Origin: an uncultured Actinomycetes bacterium
Lineage (GTDB): Bacteria > Actinomycetota > UBA4738 > HRBIN12
Assembly: GCA_963705545.1 (NCBI GenBank)
Contig: CAVPJX010000004.1
Span: 207,418-271,417, forward strand
Direction: 5' to 3'
DNA: 64,000 nucleotides
Shown here: piece after piece, positions 56,806-64,000 of the stretch
Layout: each line of letters begins with the position of its first letter
Position numbering within the stretch: the first letter of the stretch is position 1
Made by a program: the position numbers and the translations under genes
Notes under the pieces: generated by a model
The model's database searches: none
Seen by the model: the letters and a program-made list of their open reading frames with translations, nothing else
Told to the model about the DNA's origin: nothing

Positions 56806-56814
56806 GGAGCCTCG

Positions 56815-57723
56815 ATGGGGATGCGCGACGAGCTGAGGGAGATGGCCAAGGGGTTCCGTTGGGGCCATCGCCCGATGGTGCCCCGCTCCGCGGAGCCGTT
56901 CCGCGAGGAACGGGCGGACGGCGGATTCCCGACCGATTGGGCGCGGACCGAGGCGGGCACGCTCGTCCGACAGGCGATCATGAACGGCCCGATGACCGCG
57001 ATCCTGCGATCCGAGCTGTCGCTCCGCGTCTACGGCCTCGACCACCTCGACGGCGTGAAGGGTCCGGTGCTGTTCTTCTCGAACCACTCGAGCCACCTGG
57101 ACGCGACGCTGATCCTGGCGACGCTCCCGGATCGGTGGCAGCGCAAGACGGCCGTCGGGGCGGCCCGCGACTACTTCTTCGACGTGTGGTGGCGGCAGGC
57201 GTTCACGGCGCTGGTCTACGCCGGCTTCCCGATCGATCGTGCGAAGGGTGGCCAAGGCGCGACCGACAAGGCCCGCGAGCTGGTCCGCGACGGCTGGTCG
57301 ATCGTCGTGTTCCCCGAGGGCACGCGATCGGCCGACGGGCACGTCCAGCGTTTCCGCCACGGGTCGGCTCGCCTCTGCCTCGAGCTCGGCATCCCGGCGG
57401 CGCCGGTCGCGATCGTCGGCGCGTACCAGGCGATGCCGCGCGGCCGCTTCTGGCCGCTGGCGGGCCGACCGACCGTGACCGTTCGGTACGGCGCCCCGAT
57501 CGTGCCGGCCGAGGGCGAGTCCCATCAGGACGTCTCGCGCCGGATGGCGCAGGCGATCGCCGAGCTCTTCGACGAGGACCGCACCACGTGGTTCGAGTCC
57601 CTCGGGCGGGCGGAGCGCGGCGAGACCCCGTCGCTCGCCGGACCGCAGGGTCCGGACTGGCTGCGGCGGTGGGAGGGCTCGCGCCCACTCCCGCGGCGCG
57701 GCGAGCCGCCGGCCTGGGGCTGA
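56815..57723 (+). CDS. lysophospholipid / 1-acylglycerol-3-phosphate acyltransferase family protein (PlsC-type)
   Basis: 302 aa. HX4D motif NHSSHLD, plus FPEGTRS and IPAAPVAIVG blocks. Confidence 0.8.
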   Translation: MGMRDELREMAKGFRWGHRPMVPRSAEPFREERADGGFPTDWARTEAGTLVRQAIMNGPMTAILRSELSLRVYGLDHLDGVKGPVLFFSNHSSHLDATLILATLPDRWQRKTAVGAARDYFFDVWWRQAFTALVYAGFPIDRAKGGQGATDKARELVRDGWSIVVFPEGTRSADGHVQRFRHGSARLCLELGIPAAPVAIVGAYQAMPRGRFWPLAGRPTVTVRYGAPIVPAEGESHQDVSRRMAQAIAELFDEDRTTWFESLGRAERGETPSLAGPQGPDWLRRWEGSRPLPRRGEPPAWG

Positions 57724-57725
57724 CG

Positions 57726-58340
57726 ATGCCGCGGACCGGTGGCGAGGAGCGACGGGTCGCGATCATCGAACAGGCGATCCGTCGGTTCGGTCGCGACGGC
57801 TACGCCGGGGCGAGCCTCGAGCAGATCGCCTCCGCGGTCGGCGTTCGCAAGCAGACGCTCCTGTACTACTTCCCGACGAAGGAGGCGCTGCTGGAGGCGT
57901 GCCTCGCGGCCGCCGGGGAGCAACTCGCCCGGACGATCGGCAAGGCGCTCGAGGGGCGCGAGACGTACTGGGAGCGCGCCGAGGCCGTGATCCACGCGAT
58001 CTTCCAGCTGGCGGAGGCCTGGCCCGAGTTCCCGATGTTCATCCGCGAGGCCGGCCGGCTGGGACCGGACGCCTTCGCCCACGTCGCGGGCGTCCTGGAG
58101 CCACTCCGTCGGCGGGCGATCGACTTCCTGCAGGTCGGGATGGACAACGGCGAGATCCGCAAGCAGGACCCCGCGCTCCTGCTGTTCACGCTCTACACCG
58201 GCGTGGTGGGCTCGCTCACCGAGGCGAGCGTGCTCAACGTCGTGGTCGGGGCCGACAAGGGCCGGGCCTCGCTGAAACGTCGTGAGCGGGAGGTGCTCGC
58301 GTTCGTCCGCGGCGCGCTCCAGCCAGCCATGGGGGAGTAG
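57726..58340 (+). CDS. TetR-family transcriptional regulator
   Basis: 204 aa. HTH GYAGASLEQIASAVGVRKQTLLYYFPTKEAL. Confidence 0.9.
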   Translation: MPRTGGEERRVAIIEQAIRRFGRDGYAGASLEQIASAVGVRKQTLLYYFPTKEALLEACLAAAGEQLARTIGKALEGRETYWERAEAVIHAIFQLAEAWPEFPMFIREAGRLGPDAFAHVAGVLEPLRRRAIDFLQVGMDNGEIRKQDPALLLFTLYTGVVGSLTEASVLNVVVGADKGRASLKRREREVLAFVRGALQPAMGE

Positions 58341-58372
58341 TCACTCCGCGGCCGGAACGCCAGGATGGGTCC

Positions 58373-61300
58373 ATGGACCCGGACGTCACGCGCGAGGAGC
58401 GCCGCGTCGTGACCGTGCTGGTGGCCGACCTCGCCGGCTCGACGGCGCTCGGCGAGCGCCTGGACCCCGAGGAGCTGCGCGTCGTGGTCGGCGACGCCAT
58501 CGCGCGGATGGTCGGCGCGGTCGAGGCGTTCGGCGGGACCGTGAAGGACCTCGCCGGCGACGGGATCCTCGCGCTCTTCGGTGCGCCGACGGCGCACGAG
58601 GACGATCCGGAGCGTGCGATCCGCGCCGGGCTCCGGATCGTCGAGGACGTGGGCGAATACGCACGGGAGGTCGAGCGGGCGTGGGCGATCGCGGGCTTCG
58701 GGGTCCGGGTCGGGGTCAACACCGGGCCGGTCGTCACCGGGTCGGTCGGAGCCGGAGACCGGGTCGAGTACGGGGCGACCGGCGACACCGTGAACGTGGC
58801 CGCGCGGCTGCAGGCGGCGGCCGAGCCTGGGCAGGTCCTCGTCGGGTCGGGGTCCCGTCTGCTGAGCGGATCGGCCTTCATCTGGGGCACACCGCGCGAG
58901 CTCGTCCTCAAAGGCAAGGAGCGGCCGGTGTCCGCGTCCGCCGTGTCGGGCGTCACCGGGGCCTCCGGTCGCCGTCGCGAGGTCGAGGAGCACCACACGC
59001 GCCTCGTCGGCCGCGAACGGGAACTGTCGCTCGCGATGGAGAGCGTGGATGCGGCGCTGGGAGGGTCTGGTCACGTCCTGTTCCTGACGGGCGAGCCCGG
59101 CATCGGGAAGACGCGGCTGCTCGCGGAGCTCCGCGAGGCCTTCGAGGGCGGGCGGCCCGTGAGAGGTGCGCCCGTGTGGCTGGAGGGGCGCTGCGTCTCC
59201 TACGGCGAATCGATGCCGTATTGGCCGTTCCGCGATCTCCTACGGTCGTGGCTCGGCCTCCCGATCGACGAACCGGAGCTGCGCGTCCGCGTGACGCTGC
59301 AGCGCGAGGTCGGGCGCCTGTTCGGTGAGCGCGCGGCCGGATACCGGGCCTACCTCGCCACGCTGCTCGGGCTCCCGCTCGAGCCGGACGACCAGGCGAA
59401 GGCCGCCGAGCTCTCACCCGAGGCGATGCAATATCGGACGTTCGAGGTCGTGCGCCAGCTGATCGGCCGCCTCGCCAACGATGGGCCGGTCGCGGTGGCG
59501 CTGGAGGACCTCCACTGGGCGGACCCGACCTCGTTGCAGCTGCTGGAGCAGCTGCTCCCCGACACGGAGGAGCTGCCGCTCCTGCTGGTGGTCACGTCGC
59601 GGCCCGAGCCCACCCACCCGTCCTGGCGAGTGAAGGAGCGCTCCGAGCGCGAGCTCGCGCACCGCACGCGCGAGCTCGTCTTGGCCGCGCTCGGCGCCGA
59701 CGCCGGTCGTGACCTGCTGAACGAGCTGGTGGGTGAAGGGGTCCTGCCGCTTGAGCTCGAGGAGCGGATCCTCGAGCACGCCGACGGGAACCCCTTCTTC
59801 CTGGAGGAGCTCGTCCGGTCGCTCATGGACGCGGGGGCCCTCACGCCCGTGGACGGCGGTTGGCGGTTCGACCATGACGAGGCGATCGAGGTGCCCCCGA
59901 CGGTCGAGAAGGTGATCCTGGCGCGGATCGATCGGCTCGATCGTCCCGCGCGCGACGCGCTGATGGCGGCGTCGGTCCTCGGTCGACGCTTCGGTTTGCC
60001 GTTGCTGGAGGCGGTCGCGACCGAGGACGAGGACGGGATCCGGCCGCTGCTCACCGAGCTGCAGCGCGCCGACCTGATCCGGGAGGGTCGCCGCTGGCCC
60101 GATCCGGAGTACCGCTTCAAGCACGCACTGATCCAGGAGACCGCCTACCGAACGCTCGTGGCGGGTGAGCGTGAACGGCTCCACCGCCGCGCGGCGGAGT
60201 GGCTCGAGGCCCGGTACGCCGGGTCGGAGGAGGACGTCGCGGGGCTGCTCGCCTACCACTGGATGGGGGCGTCGGATCGCGACCATGCCGCGCGGTACCT
60301 GACGATCGCCGGCGATCGCGCGCGCCAGGAGTACGCACTCGACGAGGCGATCGCGCACTATCGCGAGCTCCTGCCGATCCTCGAGGAGCGTGGGGAGCGC
60401 CGCGAGATCGCCCTCGTGCTCTTCAAGCTCGCGCTGGCGCTGCACATGTCGCTGCGCTTCGCCGAGGCGAACGACGTGTACCAGCAGGCGTTCGAGCGGT
60501 GGGACCGGCTGGAGCCCTGCGCGGCGCCCACCGCGACGCTCCGCGTCGCCACGAGCTACCTGCCGAACGACCCGGACCCGCGCTCGGCGATCGCCTGGCC
60601 GAACATCCAGCTCTGCATGCAGCTGTTCGACCGCCTGGTCGAGGCGTGGCCGGAGCGGACGATCGTCCCGTCCTTGGCCGAGCGCTGGGAGATCGCCGAC
60701 GATGGGCTCCGCTACGTCTTCCACCTTCGCGAGGGCGCGGCGTGGTCGGACGGCACGCCGCTCACGGCGCACGACGTGGAGTTCGGGATCAAGCGGGTCC
60801 TGAACCCCGACGCGCCGGGTTCCTCGGTCGCGATCTATTTCGTGCTCGAGAACGGCCAGGAGTACTACCTGCGCCGCAACGCGGACGCGGATCGGATCGG
60901 CGTCCGGGCGCTCGACGATCGCACGGTGGAGTTCCGGCTCGTGGCGCCCGCGCCGTACTTCATGAGCGTGATGAACCGGCCGGACGGCGGCCCGCAGCCT
61001 CGCCACGCGATCGGGGCCGATCCGGACGGATGGGCGGTCGTCGGCGCCCAGGTCGTGAGCGGACCGTTCCGGACCGTGAGCCGGACCGACGACGTCTTGG
61101 TGCTAGAGCGGCGCGACGACTACGCGGGCACGAGGCCGGGCGACGTCGGCCGCGTCGAGTACGTGCGCAGCGGGGTCCTGGACGCGCTCGGGCCCTACGA
61201 CCACGACGAGCTCGACATCGTGACGACCCGCTACACACCCCTGGTGGCCGACCTCATGCCTCGGGTGGCGCAGGACGCGATCCTGGGTCCGGCCGCGTGG

Positions 61301-62038
61301 TCCGCCTACCTCGCCTTCGATCATGCGGACGCCGTCGTGTCGAACCTCGACCTCCGGAAGGCGCTGGCGCACGCGATCGACCGCAGCGGCTTCGTCGACG
61401 TCGGCGAGAGCATCGTGATCGCGACCGGGGGGATCGTCCCCCCCGCGCTTCAGGGCCATACGCCCGACATCGTGCTGCCGTTCGATCCCGACCTGGCCCG
61501 CAAGCATCTCCAGGCCTCGGGTCTGGACGACGTCGAGCTCACGGTCGTCGGCACGGAGTTATGGGTGTCCCCGTTCCTCGAGCGGATCACCGAGATGTGG
61601 CGCGAGGTCTTGGGCGTCCGCGCCGAGGCGCGGGAGGTGTCGGTCGAGGAGGCGCTCGCCGCCGGGCGGATGATCAACCTCGGGCCGATCTACGTCACGG
61701 GCTGGCTCCCGGGCTACGCCGACCCCGAGTACTACCTCCGGCTCCTCTTCCACTCGGATAGCCGCACGAACGAGGGCGGCTTCTCGCACGCCCCGTTCGA
61801 TGAGCTGATCGAGCGCGCGCGCCAGGAGCGAAGCGATCGGGATCGGCTCAGGCTGTACCACGAGGCCGACCGGATGGCGGTCGCCGATCAGGTCGCCGTG
61901 ATCCCGGTCCTCTACGTGCGAAGCATGGCGTTCGTGAAGCCGTGGGTCGAGGGGTGGTGGGAGTTCGGGAAGTCGTCGGCGAACTTCGCGGATCTGCGGA
62001 TCGATCCCACGTCGCCCCGGGCGACCGGCGCCGGCTAG
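58373..62038 (+). CDS. class III cyclase / STAND (AAA_16) ATPase / TPR / family-5 solute-binding-protein fusion
   Basis: 1221 aa with no signal peptide or TM. VLVADLAGSTA, LAGDGILALFGAP, TGDTVNVAARLQ. P-loop GEPGIGKTRLL. The C-terminal ~500 aa resemble OppA/DppA/NikA-type SBP_bac_5 (SLAERWEIADDGLRYVFHLREGAAWSDGTPLTAHDVEF...). Confidence 0.8.
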   Translation: MDPDVTREERRVVTVLVADLAGSTALGERLDPEELRVVVGDAIARMVGAVEAFGGTVKDLAGDGILALFGAPTAHEDDPERAIRAGLRIVEDVGEYAREVERAWAIAGFGVRVGVNTGPVVTGSVGAGDRVEYGATGDTVNVAARLQAAAEPGQVLVGSGSRLLSGSAFIWGTPRELVLKGKERPVSASAVSGVTGASGRRREVEEHHTRLVGRERELSLAMESVDAALGGSGHVLFLTGEPGIGKTRLLAELREAFEGGRPVRGAPVWLEGRCVSYGESMPYWPFRDLLRSWLGLPIDEPELRVRVTLQREVGRLFGERAAGYRAYLATLLGLPLEPDDQAKAAELSPEAMQYRTFEVVRQLIGRLANDGPVAVALEDLHWADPTSLQLLEQLLPDTEELPLLLVVTSRPEPTHPSWRVKERSERELAHRTRELVLAALGADAGRDLLNELVGEGVLPLELEERILEHADGNPFFLEELVRSLMDAGALTPVDGGWRFDHDEAIEVPPTVEKVILARIDRLDRPARDALMAASVLGRRFGLPLLEAVATEDEDGIRPLLTELQRADLIREGRRWPDPEYRFKHALIQETAYRTLVAGERERLHRRAAEWLEARYAGSEEDVAGLLAYHWMGASDRDHAARYLTIAGDRARQEYALDEAIAHYRELLPILEERGERREIALVLFKLALALHMSLRFAEANDVYQQAFERWDRLEPCAAPTATLRVATSYLPNDPDPRSAIAWPNIQLCMQLFDRLVEAWPERTIVPSLAERWEIADDGLRYVFHLREGAAWSDGTPLTAHDVEFGIKRVLNPDAPGSSVAIYFVLENGQEYYLRRNADADRIGVRALDDRTVEFRLVAPAPYFMSVMNRPDGGPQPRHAIGADPDGWAVVGAQVVSGPFRTVSRTDDVLVLERRDDYAGTRPGDVGRVEYVRSGVLDALGPYDHDELDIVTTRYTPLVADLMPRVAQDAILGPAAWSAYLAFDHADAVVSNLDLRKALAHAIDRSGFVDVGESIVIATGGIVPPALQGHTPDIVLPFDPDLARKHLQASGLDDVELTVVGTELWVSPFLERITEMWREVLGVRAEAREVSVEEALAAGRMINLGPIYVTGWLPGYADPEYYLRLLFHSDSRTNEGGFSHAPFDELIERARQERSDRDRLRLYHEADRMAVADQVAVIPVLYVRSMAFVKPWVEGWWEFGKSSANFADLRIDPTSPRATGAG

Positions 62039-62643
62039 CGAGCGGAGTAGTACTCGACGATCAGGCGCTCCTCGACCTCGGCCGGGAGCGGCACCTCGTC
62101 GCGATCGGGCAGGCGGGAGAGCGTGCCCTTGACCTCGTCGGTGTTGCGGTACAGGTACGCCGGCGGCTCGGGGGAGAGCTCGATGGCCTCGCGCACGGCG
62201 ATGAAGTTGCGACCCTTGGCGGAGAGCTCCACGGTCTGGCCCGGCTTCACACGTGCGCTCGGGACGTTCACTCGCTTCCCGTCGAGCAGGACGTGTCCGT
62301 GCGAGACGAGCTGGCGGGCCTGGCGCGTGCTGAGGGCGAACCCGAGCCGCAGGGTGACCGTGTCGAGGCGGGTCTCCAGCTGCCGGAGCATCTCTTCGCC
62401 CGTCACGCCGTGGGAGGCGATCGCGCGCTCGTAGTAGCGGCGGAGCTGCTTCTCGCTGACCCCGTAGATCGCCCGGAGCTTCTGCTTCTCGACCAGCCGC
62501 GTCTGGAACTCCGAGATGCGCTTGCGGCCGCGACCGTGCTGGCCCGGGGGATAGGGTCGCTTGTTGGACGGGCAGTTGGGGCGCCCGCACAGGGGCGCGC
62601 CGACCCGTCGACAGGTGCGGTGGCGTGGTCCGGTCTTGTTCAT
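62035..62643 (-). CDS. rpsD: 30S ribosomal protein S4
   Basis: 202 aa from ATG 62643. SEFQTRLVEKQKLRAIYGV, the S4 domain RLDTVTLRLGFALSTRQARQLVSHGHVLLDGKRVNVPS, and a Cys-rich N-terminus. Confidence 0.95.
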   Translation of the reverse strand: MNKTGPRHRTCRRVGAPLCGRPNCPSNKRPYPPGQHGRGRKRISEFQTRLVEKQKLRAIYGVSEKQLRRYYERAIASHGVTGEEMLRQLETRLDTVTLRLGFALSTRQARQLVSHGHVLLDGKRVNVPSARVKPGQTVELSAKGRNFIAVREAIELSPEPPAYLYRNTDEVKGTLSRLPDRDEVPLPAEVEERLIVEYYSAR

Positions 62644-62692
62644 TACGCGGCCACCTAGGCTACCAGCGGGAGCCGCGTGCGATGCTCCCGGG

Positions 62693-63613
62693 GTGGACGG
62701 GGGGCGCGGCCGGGCCGTCGGATGCGTGCTGGGTCTGGCGCTGGGTGACGCGCTCGGGGCCCCGTTCGAGTTCCGCCGCGCGGCCGAGGTGCCTGACCCG
62801 ATCCCGGCGTTGGAGCTGTCGTGGGGCCACCTGCCGCCTGGGAGCTGGACCGACGACACCGCGATGGCCCTGAACCTGGTCCGATCCCTCGTGGACCGCG
62901 GGGCGTTCGACCCCGGCGATGTCCTCGCGCGGCACGTGGCGTGGCTCGCGTCCGGACCGCCCGACGTGGGGAGCCAGACCCGGCAGGCCCTGTCCCTCGC
63001 GACCCCCGGCCGCCCGCCCGACGAGGCCGCCCGGATCGTCTGGGAGCGGCGTGGGCCCGAGGTGAGCGCGGGCAACGGGAGCGTGATGTACTGCGCCCCG
63101 CTCGGGGTGGCGTTCGCGCGACGCCCCGAGGTCCTCGTCGACGCGGCCCCGGCGCTCTCGGCGATCACGCACTGGGACGGGCGATGCCGCACGGCCTGCC
63201 TGGCGGTGACGCTGACCGCGGCCGCGCTCGTGCGCGGCGAGCCCTCGGAGCCCGCCGTCCGGGCGACGCTCGGCGCCGTGCTCGAGCGCGAGGGGGGCGA
63301 GGAGCTCGAGTTCCTGACGGCCGAGGCCGGTCGGGCCCGTCCCGTGGACGGTCCTGACCAGGGGTTCTGCCTGTTCGCGGCCGGGCTCGCGCTCCGGATG
63401 GCGGTCGAGGCGCCGACGGTCGAGGCCGGCCTGCGATCCGTCGTGGCGTTGGGCGGCGACACCGACACGAACGCCGCGGTCGCGGGCGCCCTGCTGGGCG
63501 CCCGCGAGGGGATCGACGGGCTGCCATCGGGGTGGCTCGATCGCCTCGCGTTCCGCGAGGCGATCGAAAGCGACGCCCTGGCCCTCGCCGTGCTCGCGGA
63601 GCGGGTCGAGTAG
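62693..63613 (+). CDS. ADP-ribosylglycohydrolase family protein
   Basis: LGLALGDALGAPFEF, SWTDDTAMAL, GGDTDTNAAVAGALLGA. GTG 62693 is the first in-frame start after rpsD. Confidence 0.8.
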   Translation: MDGGRGRAVGCVLGLALGDALGAPFEFRRAAEVPDPIPALELSWGHLPPGSWTDDTAMALNLVRSLVDRGAFDPGDVLARHVAWLASGPPDVGSQTRQALSLATPGRPPDEAARIVWERRGPEVSAGNGSVMYCAPLGVAFARRPEVLVDAAPALSAITHWDGRCRTACLAVTLTAAALVRGEPSEPAVRATLGAVLEREGGEELEFLTAEAGRARPVDGPDQGFCLFAAGLALRMAVEAPTVEAGLRSVVALGGDTDTNAAVAGALLGAREGIDGLPSGWLDRLAFREAIESDALALAVLAERVE

Positions 63614-63628
63614 TCTCGGCCAGACTAC

Positions 63629-63838
63629 TCAGGCGATGTCTGCGCCCACGACCGCGTATCCGTCGGCATGGAGCCGGAGGATGCCCTCGGCTTCGAGCTC
63701 GCTCATCACCCGCGCCACCGTGGTCCGCGGCAGGGCGAGGTGTGCGGCCAGATCGTCGGCATCCCACAGGTCCACGGGACCGAACGCGGAGAGGACGGCG
63801 CGTCGCACGTCGTCGTGATCCGGATCGGTGAGGAGCAT
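63629..63838 (-). CDS. small winged-helix DNA-binding protein
   Basis: GGAGG precedes ATG 63838. 69 aa with DLAAHLALPRTTVARVMSELEAEGIL. Confidence 0.6.
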   Translation of the reverse strand: MLLTDPDHDDVRRAVLSAFGPVDLWDADDLAAHLALPRTTVARVMSELEAEGILRLHADGYAVVGADIA

Positions 63839-64000
63839 GAGCACCTCCGAACGGGGGGTGGGCGCATTACTCTGCTGGGAACGGCGACCGGATGGAACCC
63901 ATCCGCCGAAGGGTTCCGCGGTCGTTCCCCGTGCGTTCATCCGCGATCGGAGGGAGAGAGGACCCGTGGAGCCCCTGTCGGATCCGAAGGACATCTTCGA

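Noticed and set aside
58367-58380. Perfect 14-bp palindrome GGGTCCATGGACCC centred on the start codon of the cyclase-SBP5 gene
   Set aside because: It is short, has no second copy, and could easily arise by chance in GC-rich DNA. There is not enough to call an operator.
1-64000. Mobile elements, prophage, defence islands or toxin-antitoxin pairs, including next to the four tRNA genes
   Set aside because: I recognised no integrase, transposase, recombinase, restriction-modification, Cas or toxin-antitoxin-like translation in any frame. I saw no flanking direct repeats of tRNA 3-prime ends. GC content appears uniform.

Overview
Very GC-rich, gene-dense chromosomal segment. I found no transposase, integrase, prophage or CRISPR signal. 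Content looks Actinomycetota-like: a mycothiol-type MDMPI/DinB protein, an IclR regulator divergent from leuCD, many GTGA start/stop overlaps and leaderless-looking starts. The SRP RNA, however, is the long Alu-domain type.

I call about 60 protein genes, 4 tRNAs (Ser-GCU, Arg-ACG, Ser-CGA, Ser-GGA) and the SRP RNA. The main blocks are:
- hemA-hemC-hemD plus a methyltransferase, with a hemB fragment at the left edge.
- A CMD/AhpD-like gene interrupted by a single in-frame TGA.
- A ~2158-aa secreted surface protein with 8 PKD repeats.
- An orphan histidine kinase.
- Two class III cyclase / STAND ATPase / TPR proteins, one ending in a family-5 solute-binding domain.
- MFS transporter, aldo-keto reductase, IclR-leuCD and pncB.
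- A group 3b [NiFe]-hydrogenase operon (hyhBGSL, endopeptidase, hypF-C-D-E).
- tadA, ffs-dnaX-recR, an ECF sigma with a DUF4349 partner, an S9 peptidase, and ask-X-asd.
- A CHASE3-GGDEF cyclase.
- A five-gene lipid-type cluster: FAR-HAD fusion, Zn-ADH, LarA-like, PlsC-type acyltransferase, TetR.
- rpsD and an ADP-ribosylglycohydrolase.

Most notable observations:
1. The TGA in the CMD gene sits exactly at the second Cys of the catalytic CxxC motif and is followed by a hairpin, so this is a candidate CxxU selenoprotein.
2. Eight single-nucleotide frameshifts disrupt seven otherwise conserved genes: hypF, hypD, hypE, FAR-HAD (twice), the LarA-like gene, a GNAT and the giant surface protein. Four of them lie in G/C runs. 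Assembly indels are more likely than real pseudogenes, so reads need checking.
3. The cytoplasmic cyclase-STAND-SBP5 fusion and the FAR-HAD/ADH/LarA/PlsC/TetR cluster are the best candidates for uncharacterised systems.

Every call comes from reading the translations and the DNA by eye. No database search was run.
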